A DNA stretch of 64,000 nucleotides, from the IMG/VR virus record IMGVR_UViG_2643221933_000001, positions 1 to 64,000 of that record; one strand, given 5' to 3'. The position numbers and the translations under genes were made by a program. Below are positions 51,753-61,710 of this stretch, piece by piece. The notes below the pieces were generated by a model. That model was not told the origin of the DNA and searched no databases. It saw only the letters and a list, made by a program, of their open reading frames with translations. The stretch's first letter is position 1. Each line of letters starts with the position of its first letter. This DNA is from a virus. Its lineage: Duplodnaviria; Caudoviricetes.

Positions 51753-53180
51753 ATGACTGACGCATCTCTCCGCGACTACCAAGTGGCGGATCTGGCCTTC
51801 TACATGGCCAACCCGAAATGCCTGAACCTGTCAGACGCTGGCACGGGAAAGACACCTTCGGTTTGCGTGATGCAGTGGTTCCTCTGGGACAATCTTGGCA
51901 TCGGCACAGTGTGGCCGCAACCCAAATCTCTGTTGAAAAAGAACAAAAAAGAGATCCTGCGCTTCACCGGCTTCAAAGACGAGGATGTTGTCATCGTCGA
52001 TGGCACCCCGAAACAGGTCGAGAAGCAGCTGGCGAGCGGCGCCAAGGTGTTCCTGATGGGCTTCCGCCGGCTGACTTTGTCATGGCGCAAACTGCCGGCC
52101 TACGTGAAGGCCGTCCACATCGACGAGCTCCACATGGGGTACAAGACAGCGGACAGCCAGAACTCGCTGCAGCTCTTCCGGATGTTCGACACCGGCCGGA
52201 TGACACACTTCCTTGGCATGACTGGAACGCTGATCGACGGGAAACTGTCGTCCGCATATCCCGCCATCCGGATCATCGAGCCCCGCTACTACATGAGCCA
52301 GGAGGGCTTCCTGAACCATCACGCGGTCTTCGGCTTCGACAACAAGATCGAGGGCTGGAAGAACCACGACAAGCTCGCGAAGATCTTCGGCCGGCATGCC
52401 ATCCGCCGCACGTTCGCGAGTGTCCATGGTGAGCAGGAGGTCGTCCACATCCCGGAGATGGTGGACATGTCGCCACTCCAGCGGCGCTACTACGACACGT
52501 TCCGCGACGAGGCCGTCCTCGAGCTCGAGCAATTCTATCTCGACGGAACCCTGCCGGGGGTCGCATTCACCCGCGCCCGCCAGCTCATGGAGCACCCTGG
52601 CAACTTCCCAGACCTGCGGGAGCCTGGGAAATTCATCGACATCATGAAGGGCGAACCCACCGAGAAGGAGGAACGCCTCAAGGTGCATCTCGAAGAGCAC
52701 TGGCTCAACGAGAAGCCCCTCATCATCTTCACGCCGCTGATCCCGCAGCAGCAGCGTGTTGCAGAAATTCTCGAGGCCATGCGCTTCAAGTTCGGCGTGA
52801 TCAACGGCGACCAGTCTCGCAAGCAGCGTGACAAGGTCGACGAGGACTTCATCGCTGGTCACATCCAGATCGTTCTCGCCACCGAACAGACCGCCTCGTT
52901 CGGATACAACTGGCAATTCAGCGGCAACAAGGAGGTAGATCATGAGATCTTCATGGCGCTCGGTTTCTCCGACGCCACTTTCGTCCAGGCCCGCCAACGG
53001 GCCATCCGTGGCAAACGCTCCACGCCTCTGAGGCTGACGACCTTGGAATACAACGACTCCCTCGATCAGCACATCTGCAGCATCATCTACCGGAAAAGTC
53101 TGGACGCCAACAAGGTCGATCCATCCCGGCCCGTGCTGCAGCTCTCAGGCTTCGAACAAGAATACAAACTCGCTGCCTAG
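51753..53180 (+). CDS. SF2 (SNF2-like) helicase
   Basis: LRDYQ, GTGKT, DELH, MTGT, QARQRAIR. Confidence 0.9.
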   Translation: MTDASLRDYQVADLAFYMANPKCLNLSDAGTGKTPSVCVMQWFLWDNLGIGTVWPQPKSLLKKNKKEILRFTGFKDEDVVIVDGTPKQVEKQLASGAKVFLMGFRRLTLSWRKLPAYVKAVHIDELHMGYKTADSQNSLQLFRMFDTGRMTHFLGMTGTLIDGKLSSAYPAIRIIEPRYYMSQEGFLNHHAVFGFDNKIEGWKNHDKLAKIFGRHAIRRTFASVHGEQEVVHIPEMVDMSPLQRRYYDTFRDEAVLELEQFYLDGTLPGVAFTRARQLMEHPGNFPDLREPGKFIDIMKGEPTEKEERLKVHLEEHWLNEKPLIIFTPLIPQQQRVAEILEAMRFKFGVINGDQSRKQRDKVDEDFIAGHIQIVLATEQTASFGYNWQFSGNKEVDHEIFMALGFSDATFVQARQRAIRGKRSTPLRLTTLEYNDSLDQHICSIIYRKSLDANKVDPSRPVLQLSGFEQEYKLAA

Positions 53181-53299
53181 GCACACTATACCCAAGCCGA
53201 TCAGGGCTAAAATTTCCAAAACACTCGTGCCAAATAACACTCACCGGAGCGAACAACTCGCCCCGGCGAAACGTGAAACTGTATCAAGGATTAGTTACT

Positions 53300-54010
53300 A
53301 TGTCTGACACCATCGCAGCAGCAATCGCAGCAGCACAGGCCGGCGCAGCCGAGCTCGCCAACACCGCTGGCGCTCTCGCAGCACAGGCTTCCACCGGTAC
53401 CGCTCTCGGTGCTCCTGCTTCCGCCGGCGCCCCGCTCGGCCTCGACGACATGATGGGTGGCGGCGTGTCCGTCGACCATTGGCTGAAGATCACCCAGTTC
53501 GGCCTGACCATCGGCGACAAGACGAAGCCGCTCGACTCGATCGACGTCTTCATCGACATGGCCGAAATCGCCTACAGCTTCCAGATCAAGTACCAGATGA
53601 ACGGCAAGGCGGTCTACCACCGCACCTACGACCGTGTTCTGGACGCCCAGGGCGGTTCGTGGGCCGAGACGATGCGCAAGGCGCAGCAGATCGACGGCAA
53701 GGCCTACGAGTATCGTTCGGCTGAAATCCCAATGACGCTGGCAACTTCGGTCGTCAGCAAGGAAGCCGGCAAGAATGCAGCGGAAGCCGGTGAGCGCGTC
53801 GGCCTGACGCTCTCGACCACGGGCTGGAAGCAGTTCCAGACCTGGGTTCGTGATCTGGCCCGCAAGCAGATCGATGCCAAGAACGCGGTGCTCAAGGTCA
53901 CCATCGGCTTCGAAGAAAAGCGGAAGGAAGGCGTCAACCCGTGGGGCGTCCCCACCTTCCTCGGCGCCGAGGAAGTCGACGTCATCCCTCACTTCGACAC
54001 CGTCCACTAA
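53300..54010 (+). CDS. Putative single-stranded DNA-binding/annealing protein
   Basis: Strong codon bias; position between helicase and exonuclease/polymerase; followed by a terminator. Confidence 0.5.
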   Translation: MSDTIAAAIAAAQAGAAELANTAGALAAQASTGTALGAPASAGAPLGLDDMMGGGVSVDHWLKITQFGLTIGDKTKPLDSIDVFIDMAEIAYSFQIKYQMNGKAVYHRTYDRVLDAQGGSWAETMRKAQQIDGKAYEYRSAEIPMTLATSVVSKEAGKNAAEAGERVGLTLSTTGWKQFQTWVRDLARKQIDAKNAVLKVTIGFEEKRKEGVNPWGVPTFLGAEEVDVIPHFDTVH

Positions 54011-54024
54011 TCGAAACCAGGGAG

Positions 54025-54053
54025 AAGGGGCGGCGCGAGCCGCCCTTTTCATT
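54025..54053 (+). terminator. Intrinsic terminator
   Basis: GGGCGGC/GCCGCCC stem plus T-tract. Confidence 0.7.
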
Positions 54054-54787
54054 TGATGCTCACAATCATCGACGGCAACAACTTCTTCCGCCGGCTGGTT
54101 TCCGTAGGGTCTGACGCCCGATCGGTCTTCAACAGCTACCACAGAACTCCCCACGAGACGATCGTCGTCTGGGACGGCGAGCGCGGCTCGCAGCGGCGCC
54201 GGGACGTCTACCCGAAATACAAGACAAACCGGGGCCCGCTCGACAAGGACATCAGCCTGCACTTCAACATGCTGATCGCCGTCCTGACCTGGTGCAACGT
54301 CGTTCAGGTCTTCCACAACGAGTACGAGGGTGACGACGTCATCGCGATGCTCGCTCGGGACTACGCCTCTCAGGGCCGCAAGGTCCACATCGAGAGCACG
54401 GACGCTGACTTCCTGCAGATCCGCGCCGAGTTCCCGCAGCTGGTCACCACCACGGCCACGGGCAAGGTCACACCGGAGCTGACGAAGCTCTACAAGATCT
54501 GGGTCGGTGACCAGTCCGACAAGATCTCAGGCATCCCGCAGTTCGGTGACAAGGCCTGGGAGACAATCAACCTCTCGGATCTGCAGCGGCTCACAGATCA
54601 CGCCCTCAAGCATGGCGAGATCATCGACATCGGGTTGCCCAAGGCGGTCAAGCCGACCGTCGAACTCATCCGCGCCCTCGACGAGATCATCTCCTTCTAC
54701 CCGGTCCCGGTGAGCGAGATGACGATCATCCCGGGCGTACCAAACTTCGCCGCGGCTGACGCCTACCTCAAGGAATATTTCCAATGA
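54053..54787 (+). CDS. 5'-3' exonuclease/flap endonuclease
   Basis: IIDGNN, VWDG, YK.NR, EGDDVI, STDADF, GDQSDKI.GI. Confidence 0.92.
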   Translation: MMLTIIDGNNFFRRLVSVGSDARSVFNSYHRTPHETIVVWDGERGSQRRRDVYPKYKTNRGPLDKDISLHFNMLIAVLTWCNVVQVFHNEYEGDDVIAMLARDYASQGRKVHIESTDADFLQIRAEFPQLVTTTATGKVTPELTKLYKIWVGDQSDKISGIPQFGDKAWETINLSDLQRLTDHALKHGEIIDIGLPKAVKPTVELIRALDEIISFYPVPVSEMTIIPGVPNFAAADAYLKEYFQ

Positions 54788-57516
54788 CCATTCCGACAAT
54801 CCTGATCGACCAGTCGAACTTCGATCAGCATGCGTTCGCCGTCATGCATGCAGTGAAGGCAGCGCCCTTCACCGGGATCGACGTCGAGACCCAGGACAGC
54901 AATCGCCACGCCGGCATCTCGGCGCTGTGCAAGTACAAGCCGGATGGCACCAAGGCCGCGAACAGCAAGCTCGTCTTCGACATGAAGCGGACGGTGATGA
55001 CCGGCTTCTCCCTCTACCCAGAGGGCGCGGAAGCCGCCTACTACGTCAACCTCAATCATGCCGACGTCGACCAGCGTCTGCCCTGGGAGCAGGCCCGCAA
55101 GCTGATCGATGTAAAGCCGAAGGGCTCGCACTGGATCGCTCACAACGCGCCGTACGAGTTGACGGCGTTCAAGAACTGCTACGACCTCGAGCTCGACGAC
55201 ATCATCTGCACCATGCAGATGGCCGTGTCGGCTTTCGGCCCTGATGAATACGACCTGTCGAAGTTCATCTCGGCAGGGCAGGGCGGGATCGCAGCGCTCC
55301 GCAACCAGCTGATCAAGCTGTCCATGAGCTATGATCCGAGTAGCCGCTCGATGCCGCCGGCGCTCGAGGAAGTCGTTGGCAAGATCATCGCCAAGGAAAG
55401 CACGGCCGAGCACTCCTACAATGGCTTCGTCAAGCAGATCGCCTTCGGCTACGGCCTGAAGGGATTGGTCAAGAACGCTTTCGGCCACCAGATGACCACC
55501 TTCGAGCAGGTGCTCGCCGGCAAGGCCCACATGGGCCAGCTGACGGGACCGCAGGTTGCCCCCTATGGCGCCGAGGATGCCTACTGGGCTGTCCGCTTGT
55601 TCCGGTACCTGCTGGATCATATGGCCAAGACCAACCCGGATGTGATCGGCACGTTCTTCGAGCAGGAGAACCCGATGATCCACATCTTCTCCAACATCTG
55701 GGACGAGGGCATGCGGGTCAACACCGGTGCCATCTTCATGCGCCGCGACGAAGAGCGGGTCGGCATGGCTCAGACCCTAATCGAGCTGAAGGAAACCGTC
55801 CGCAAGCTGCTGCCTTTCCCGGCCGAGCCACACGAAGGCCTCATGACCGAGGACTGGTACAAGAAGGGTCACGCCAAATACCGCAAGCAGATCGAGGACT
55901 GGGCGAACACCCCGGATCTCGTGGAAAAGTCCGAGCCGGACGAGGACGGCGACTACCCGCTGCAGGACGAGGCTCTGGTCTTCGGTCAGTGCAATCAGGT
56001 TCGCGGCCCAGTCGCCAACGCCTGGGCGATCGAGCGGGGCGAGGCCGAAAGCACGGGCCCGAACTTCAGTCACTACATGCCGCAGCGCGTCATGATCTAT
56101 GACCTGATCGGTCAGAAGGTCATCCGGTCGCTGGGCAAGGTGCAGAGTGACGGCGAGGCGCGGGGCAAGCTGCTCGATCGGGTGACCGACGAAACGCAGA
56201 TGGCCGTCATCAAGGGGCTGAACAAGATCTCGGGCGTCGAGCAGCGTATGAAGCTCTACCTGACGCCATACACCCAGCTGATGGACCCGGAAACGGGGTG
56301 CCTCTACCCGACAGTCTCGTCCATGCTGGCCACCCGGCGCATGGCGGCGTCGAACCCGAACCCGATGCAGCTCGCCAAGCGCGGCGAGAGCACCTACGTC
56401 CGCGGGTTCTTCCAGGCCGACAACGACGATCACGTTGTTATCTCCTGCGATTGGTCGGCGGTGGAGCTGGTCGAGATCGGTGAGTTCTCCGCTGACCCGG
56501 AGTTCATCAAGGCCTTCGGTCAGATCCCGCACGAGGATCTCCACGCTGGTGCTGCTTCAGCCATTCTGGCTGTCGACGTCCCGGGCATGGACGATGCCAA
56601 GTTCAAGGCGCTGAAGGCATTCTCGAGCTGGGACGATTACCGGGACAACTTCGGCCAGGAGATGACGAACTACAACCGTCTCTCGACCAACCTGAAGGGT
56701 CAGCCTCTGGATATCGGCAGTGCCGTCAAATACTGGCGCACCGAGCTGGGGAAGGGGGCCAACTTCAACTATTGGTACTCGGGCTTCCTCGGCACGATCG
56801 GTGATCGGATGGGTTGGGCCGTCGACAAGACCGGCGAGGCGACCAAGCGTTACCGCGATCGGTTCTCGGTAGCCGAGCTGTGGCGCACCAACCTGATCGA
56901 GGAAGGCAAGCGCAACGGCTACGTCAAGCTCCCCGACCATCACCGCCGGGTCCGCTTCGAAGCCACGCAGCTCTGGGCCGAGTATTTCGGGGGCAAGTTC
57001 AAGCTTCCGAACGACGGAACGGATGACCTCGCATTCCGCTACAACGCGGTCTGGGATCACATCATCCGCAAGATCCAGGGTCGGGCGAACAACCAGCTGG
57101 TCAACGCCTACATTCAGGGTAGCTGCGCCACGCTCGCCAAGCGGACGGTCATCCGGATCAACAAGAAGGCCCGCGAACGCGGCTGGGATCACCGGATGTT
57201 CCGGTTCCTCATGCCGATCCACGACGAGCTGGTCTACTCGGTCCACAAGAGCATCGCCGTCGAGGCTGTGCATCTGATCCGCGAGACGATGATCGACCAC
57301 CCTGACATGTTCCAGCACTGCAAGCTGGACGCCAGCCCGTCGATCGGCCTGACCTTCGAGCCCTACAATCCGAAGAAGGGCGTGCTCACCGGCCAGGTTG
57401 AGCTCTTCGAACTCCCCAAGGAGGTCGGCGTCGGAAACGTCAACGGACGCGCTACGGACGATCAGATCCTGGGCGTCGTCGACTACCTCTTCGACCAACA
57501 CAAACTCGCCGCGTAA
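54784..57516 (+). CDS. Family A DNA polymerase with a 3'-5' exonuclease domain
   Basis: DVET, AHNAPYE, YGAEDA; motif A DWSAVEL; motif B KGANF...Y; IQGS; motif C IHDEL. Confidence 0.93.
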   Translation: MTIPTILIDQSNFDQHAFAVMHAVKAAPFTGIDVETQDSNRHAGISALCKYKPDGTKAANSKLVFDMKRTVMTGFSLYPEGAEAAYYVNLNHADVDQRLPWEQARKLIDVKPKGSHWIAHNAPYELTAFKNCYDLELDDIICTMQMAVSAFGPDEYDLSKFISAGQGGIAALRNQLIKLSMSYDPSSRSMPPALEEVVGKIIAKESTAEHSYNGFVKQIAFGYGLKGLVKNAFGHQMTTFEQVLAGKAHMGQLTGPQVAPYGAEDAYWAVRLFRYLLDHMAKTNPDVIGTFFEQENPMIHIFSNIWDEGMRVNTGAIFMRRDEERVGMAQTLIELKETVRKLLPFPAEPHEGLMTEDWYKKGHAKYRKQIEDWANTPDLVEKSEPDEDGDYPLQDEALVFGQCNQVRGPVANAWAIERGEAESTGPNFSHYMPQRVMIYDLIGQKVIRSLGKVQSDGEARGKLLDRVTDETQMAVIKGLNKISGVEQRMKLYLTPYTQLMDPETGCLYPTVSSMLATRRMAASNPNPMQLAKRGESTYVRGFFQADNDDHVVISCDWSAVELVEIGEFSADPEFIKAFGQIPHEDLHAGAASAILAVDVPGMDDAKFKALKAFSSWDDYRDNFGQEMTNYNRLSTNLKGQPLDIGSAVKYWRTELGKGANFNYWYSGFLGTIGDRMGWAVDKTGEATKRYRDRFSVAELWRTNLIEEGKRNGYVKLPDHHRRVRFEATQLWAEYFGGKFKLPNDGTDDLAFRYNAVWDHIIRKIQGRANNQLVNAYIQGSCATLAKRTVIRINKKARERGWDHRMFRFLMPIHDELVYSVHKSIAVEAVHLIRETMIDHPDMFQHCKLDASPSIGLTFEPYNPKKGVLTGQVELFELPKEVGVGNVNGRATDDQILGVVDYLFDQHKLAA

Positions 57517-57556
57517 GCGGCGAGTACCCCATCCCCCTCACATCGTAGGAACGACC

Positions 57557-58048
57557 ATGCGAACACCTGTGCTCGTCGCTATCCCTGTGGACGGCCCACT
57601 GACAGCCGACCAACTCGTAGCCATCATCGCCCAATTCCACTCAGTCCATCAGTTCCAGCGGTTCGACCAGTTCAGTGTCGTCTTCATCAGCGACATTCAA
57701 CCTCTGCAGCTGGACCGCGGTGCCATGGAGTCGATCATCGACTACCTCACGACCGCGGAACCCAACTGCCGGAAGACAGCCTTCCTTACCCGGCTCACCC
57801 ATTCCTTGGTCATCCGCCCCCGGCCGGAACCGGAAGTGATCGAGGCTGCTGAGCGCAAGGTCGAGCCGGTGTTCGACCACACGGCGCCGAAGTTCCGCGC
57901 CCGGGTCCGCTTCAACCTCCGCAACGGACGCCAGGTCGAGGAGGCGAGGGTGGTCAACAGCCTCGCGGAGCTCGACCACGTCCTCGAGCACGGCCCCTAC
58001 GACGAGGACATCCGCAACATCAAGATCAAGCTGGAGATCCAGCCTTGA
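57557..58048 (+). CDS. Hypothetical protein
   Basis: AGGA RBS; fills the gap after the polymerase. Confidence 0.6.
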   Translation: MRTPVLVAIPVDGPLTADQLVAIIAQFHSVHQFQRFDQFSVVFISDIQPLQLDRGAMESIIDYLTTAEPNCRKTAFLTRLTHSLVIRPRPEPEVIEAAERKVEPVFDHTAPKFRARVRFNLRNGRQVEEARVVNSLAELDHVLEHGPYDEDIRNIKIKLEIQP

Positions 58049-58275
58049 GCGTATCGAACAACGAGATCCGCAAAACCTTCGGGAAGATCTTCGATCAGTT
58101 CGGCATCCCTGAATACGACATCGAGCGGCGGGGCAAACACCCCGCTCTCACCTTCGACCTCGCCGGCCGGCGACATCGCGTGGTCCTCTCCTCGACCCCC
58201 TCCGATTACCGGGCCCAGCAGAACAAAATCTCCTTCCTCAAGCGCTACATTAGGAACATCCATGCTCTCCACTGA
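58045..58275 (+). CDS. HicA-like small protein
   Basis: GKH plus STPSD motifs; GGAG RBS and TTG start. Confidence 0.55.
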   Translation: MSVSNNEIRKTFGKIFDQFGIPEYDIERRGKHPALTFDLAGRRHRVVLSSTPSDYRAQQNKISFLKRYIRNIHALH

Positions 58276-59338
58276 AATCTACAAGCTCGACTCCAAGGGC
58301 AAGATCCGGACCTGGCAGTACGAAGTCGTCGGCCGCGGATGGCGCACGATCGCCGGCCTGCAGGATGGCAAGAAGGTCGTCAGCGAATTTACTCGGTGCT
58401 TGCCGGCGAGCCAGCCCACCGCCGAACTTCAGGCTCAGTTCGAAGCTGAGGCCGAAATGAAGAGGAAGCTGAAGCGCGACTACCACCTCACGCTCGACGG
58501 CACGTCGACGGCCAAATACTTCGCACCGATGCTGGCCGAGAAGTACGAGCCCTCGTCTGTAGAAGAGGGCGACTTGGTCCAGGCCAAGCTCGACGGCATC
58601 CGCTGCATCGCCACGATCGACGGACTGCGGTCCCGCAAGGGTGAGCCGATCACGTCCTGCCCGCACATCAGCGAGCAACTGGTGACGTTCTTCACCAACT
58701 TCCCGAACGCGATCCTGGACGGCGAGCTCTACAACCATGACCTCAAGGACAACTTCAACGAACTGGCGTCCATCATCCGCAAGCAAAAGCCGGATGCAGT
58801 ACAGCTTCAACGTGCTGCTCGTGACATCGAGTTTCACGTTTATGATCTGGTTTATGGTGACGACCTGGCCGTGACTGCGCTCGACCGGAACGTGGACCTG
58901 CACAACCGCATGGTCGACTTTGGTTGGTCGATCCAGGTCGTCCCGACCTCAACTGTCAGCAACCACGATGAGGTCCGTGGGTTCTTCGAGGCCTGTATCA
59001 AGCGCGGCTATGAAGGCACGATGGTTCGCAAGGCGAACGCTCCCTATCACCAGAAGCGCTCGAAGGCGCTGATGAAGTTCAAGGAGTTCCAGACCGCCGA
59101 GTTCCCGGTGGTTCGCGTGGAGGAGGGCCTCGGCAACTGGGCCGGCTATGCCAAGCGCGTGGTCTGCACCGTGCCGGACGGCCGCGAGTTCGGGGCAGGG
59201 GTCAAGGGCAACCGCGGCTTCACCAAGGAACTACTCAGCCGCGACGTGAAGATCGCGACGATCCAGTTCTTCGAGCTCACCCCGGATGGCATCCCGCGGT
59301 TCCCGGTCGCCATCGACTTCGATCGTCCGGACGCCTGA
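58262..59338 (+). CDS. ATP-dependent DNA ligase
   Basis: PMLA, KLDGIR, LDGELY, VYD, EGTMVR, KRS..L.K.K, G.PRFP. Confidence 0.93.
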   Translation: MLSTEIYKLDSKGKIRTWQYEVVGRGWRTIAGLQDGKKVVSEFTRCLPASQPTAELQAQFEAEAEMKRKLKRDYHLTLDGTSTAKYFAPMLAEKYEPSSVEEGDLVQAKLDGIRCIATIDGLRSRKGEPITSCPHISEQLVTFFTNFPNAILDGELYNHDLKDNFNELASIIRKQKPDAVQLQRAARDIEFHVYDLVYGDDLAVTALDRNVDLHNRMVDFGWSIQVVPTSTVSNHDEVRGFFEACIKRGYEGTMVRKANAPYHQKRSKALMKFKEFQTAEFPVVRVEEGLGNWAGYAKRVVCTVPDGREFGAGVKGNRGFTKELLSRDVKIATIQFFELTPDGIPRFPVAIDFDRPDA

Positions 59339-59592
59339 TGGCCTTCGGCGCTCGTCAGGAAGCTGATGGGAAATGGCGGCTCTGCCTTCGCAAGGGCCGC
59401 ACCATCACCGGGACGCCCTCCGATGAAGGGCGTCTCGATTTCGAATTTGCCTCGCAGCGACGGGCCAAAGCCTGCGCCGACGAGCTCAACGAGACCTTCT
59501 GGGATCGTTACCGACGCCTCCAGACCGGCGACCACCCTGCGCCGGAATGGGCCCACGAAATGATCGACACCATCAGAAAGCATGTCAAATGA
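59338..59592 (+). CDS. Hypothetical protein
   Basis: TGATG coupling; 84 aa. Confidence 0.6.
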   Translation: MAFGARQEADGKWRLCLRKGRTITGTPSDEGRLDFEFASQRRAKACADELNETFWDRYRRLQTGDHPAPEWAHEMIDTIRKHVK

Positions 59593-59777
59593 CACAGCCC
59601 CGGGAAAACAAACTGAAAGCCATCGCCGGCCTGATCCAAGGCCTCACCTATGCCGAGATGACCACGCTGTCGAAGCAGATCGTCAGCTCGCTCGACGACT
59701 CCACCATCCACACGGCAGCAACGGGCTTGCTCCAGATCGCTCAAAACATTCTTGCAGAGAAGGAAGTCACTAAGTGA
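59589..59777 (+). CDS. Hypothetical protein
   Basis: ATGA overlap; I.GLTYAEM..L. Confidence 0.55.
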   Translation: MTQPRENKLKAIAGLIQGLTYAEMTTLSKQIVSSLDDSTIHTAATGLLQIAQNILAEKEVTK

Positions 59778-60670
59778 CCATCACCGCAATCATCATCGCT
59801 GACTCCATCAGCGCGTACGGTCCTCGCATCACGACCCTGCAGCTCCGCTATCCCCGGTTCATCCACGCTGAGTTCATGACGCACCGCGCCTTCAGCCGGA
59901 ACGCCTCGAGCTCGAGGGCAATTCCGGTTCAGAAGCTGATCCAGGACATCATCGACGACACCGCAATGCCGCTGCACTGGGGCAAGAACCAGCCGGGGAT
60001 GCAGGCTCGCGAAGAACATGACGGGCTTGTTGATCATACGGTATTCGAGCCCGAGGTTCGGCCAGACGTTCCTGATTATCTGGCCACGGTCGGCACATAT
60101 TCAGGTGGGCCGGTTGAAGCCTGGGATGCCGCTCGCAACTGGGCTATTCACGCAGCGGAACAGTTCGCCGCGGCCGGCTACCACAAGCAGATCGTGAACC
60201 GGCTGCTTGAGCCCTTCAGCCACATCAACGTCGTCGTGACGGCGACCGACTGGGAGAACTTCTTCGAGCTTCGGGACCATCCGGATGCCCAGCCCGAGAT
60301 CCAGGTTCTGGCCCGGGCGATCAAGGACGCGATGGCTGCGTCGGTCCCTGATGAATTGCCGGCCGGCCTTTGGCACCTGCCGTACGCGACGTTCGACGAG
60401 GATCTGCAGACATATGCAGATGAACACGACATGAGCCTTGTCGATGTTGCTCTCAAGGTCTCCGTCGCCCGCTGCGCCCGCGTCTCTTACCTGACCCACG
60501 ATGGTCGCAAGACCACGGTGGAGGAGGACGTCGCTCTGCACGACAAGCTTGTCGTGGCCGAGCCGCTCCACGCATCCCCGGCAGAGCACCAGGCAACGCC
60601 CGTTCAGGGTCGTGATCGGAACTTCAACGGCTGGCGCCAGTACCGGAGTGTGCTGGAACAAACGGCCTGA
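59774..60670 (+). CDS. thyX: Flavin-dependent thymidylate synthase (ThyX-like)
   Basis: THRAFSRNASSSRA, HKQIVNRLLEP, LRDH..AQPEI, ARCARVSY, HASPAEH. Confidence 0.9.
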   Translation: MTITAIIIADSISAYGPRITTLQLRYPRFIHAEFMTHRAFSRNASSSRAIPVQKLIQDIIDDTAMPLHWGKNQPGMQAREEHDGLVDHTVFEPEVRPDVPDYLATVGTYSGGPVEAWDAARNWAIHAAEQFAAAGYHKQIVNRLLEPFSHINVVVTATDWENFFELRDHPDAQPEIQVLARAIKDAMAASVPDELPAGLWHLPYATFDEDLQTYADEHDMSLVDVALKVSVARCARVSYLTHDGRKTTVEEDVALHDKLVVAEPLHASPAEHQATPVQGRDRNFNGWRQYRSVLEQTA

Positions 60671-60683
60671 GTAGACTGTACTC
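60669..60683. promoter_or_regulatory. 15-bp palindromic operator-like site
   Basis: GAGTAG-ACT-GTACTC. Confidence 0.55.
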
Positions 60684-60733
60684 TCGACGGGCGTCTATGG
60701 AAAACACTCGGTGTTCTGAGCCATGTAACACTC

Positions 60734-61168
60734 ATGGCAAAGAACACAGGAAAACCATCTGAGACGTTCTTCGAGGACGTCTGGCGGAAGCTCGGCAAGC
60801 GGGCTTACTGCTATCGCATCGCGGATGCGGCCGAGAACTACGGCCGCACCAAAACAATCGGCCACATCCGGGCCACTCCCTCGGACTACATCGTTACCTT
60901 TGCCGGCGAGACAATCTACGCCGAGGTCAAGTCCACTCAGGAGAAGACATCCTTCCCCTTCTCCCTTCTCAAGAAGGGACAAAGCGCCGCGGCCCCGCAG
61001 GTTCTGTCTGCGGGCGGCGGCTATTTCGTTTTCGCTCACAACCTCACGACCGACACTTGGTACCGCATTCCCTTCGGGGTGATCGCGGCCGTGAAAGCTA
61101 TCGGCCGCTCATCAATCCCCTGGTCCGAAATGGAGACTCTCAAATGGAACCCAGCCCTGCTTTTCTAG
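60734..61168 (+). CDS. Holliday junction resolvase (RecU-like PD-(D/E)XK)
   Basis: G...E..FE, PSDY, AEVKST. Confidence 0.8.
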   Translation: MAKNTGKPSETFFEDVWRKLGKRAYCYRIADAAENYGRTKTIGHIRATPSDYIVTFAGETIYAEVKSTQEKTSFPFSLLKKGQSAAAPQVLSAGGGYFVFAHNLTTDTWYRIPFGVIAAVKAIGRSSIPWSEMETLKWNPALLF

Positions 61169-61710
61169 ACATCATGGTCGACGGTGAAACCACCGGAACC
61201 GATCCGAACGGCAACGCTCTCGTGCAGCTGTCCGCTGTGAAGTTCGATCTCAAGACCAAGTCGGTCCAGCCTTACCCGCAGATGTTCGATCGCTGCCTCC
61301 GCATGCCGCAGAACCGGTACTTCGAGGAAAGCTGCCGGACGAACTTCTGGGGCAAGCGCCCGCAGATCTGGAACCAGATCCAGACCCGCGCCGAGGATCC
61401 GCAGCAGGTGATGAAGGACTTCGTCCAGTGGGTTGGCTTCGACAACCCGGCGCCGGTGCGCTTCTGGGCCAAGCCGATCACTTTCGATTGGAGCTTCGTC
61501 GCCTCCTACCTGCGCCAGTACGACCTCCCGCAGCCGTTCCACTACCGCTGGGCGATCGACATGAATTCCTTCATCCGCGGGCTGGCCAACGATCCGACCC
61601 TCGAGAGCCACTACGTCGGGTTCCAGGGTGAAGCCCACAACGCACTCTTCGACGTGCTCAACCAGATCGACCAGGTCTTCAAGGCGGTGGACAAGTATGG
61701 AAATCATTGA
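61144..61710 (+). CDS. DEDDh 3'-5' exonuclease
   Basis: MVDGETTG, FD, HNALFD. Confidence 0.85.
   Translation: MEPSPAFLDIMVDGETTGTDPNGNALVQLSAVKFDLKTKSVQPYPQMFDRCLRMPQNRYFEESCRTNFWGKRPQIWNQIQTRAEDPQQVMKDFVQWVGFDNPAPVRFWAKPITFDWSFVASYLRQYDLPQPFHYRWAIDMNSFIRGLANDPTLESHYVGFQGEAHNALFDVLNQIDQVFKAVDKYGNH

Noticed and set aside
54784-57516. Intein, intron or DpoZ-type polymerase
   Set aside because: The frame is continuous with no intein terminal motifs recognised, and no purZ-like gene is visible in the window.
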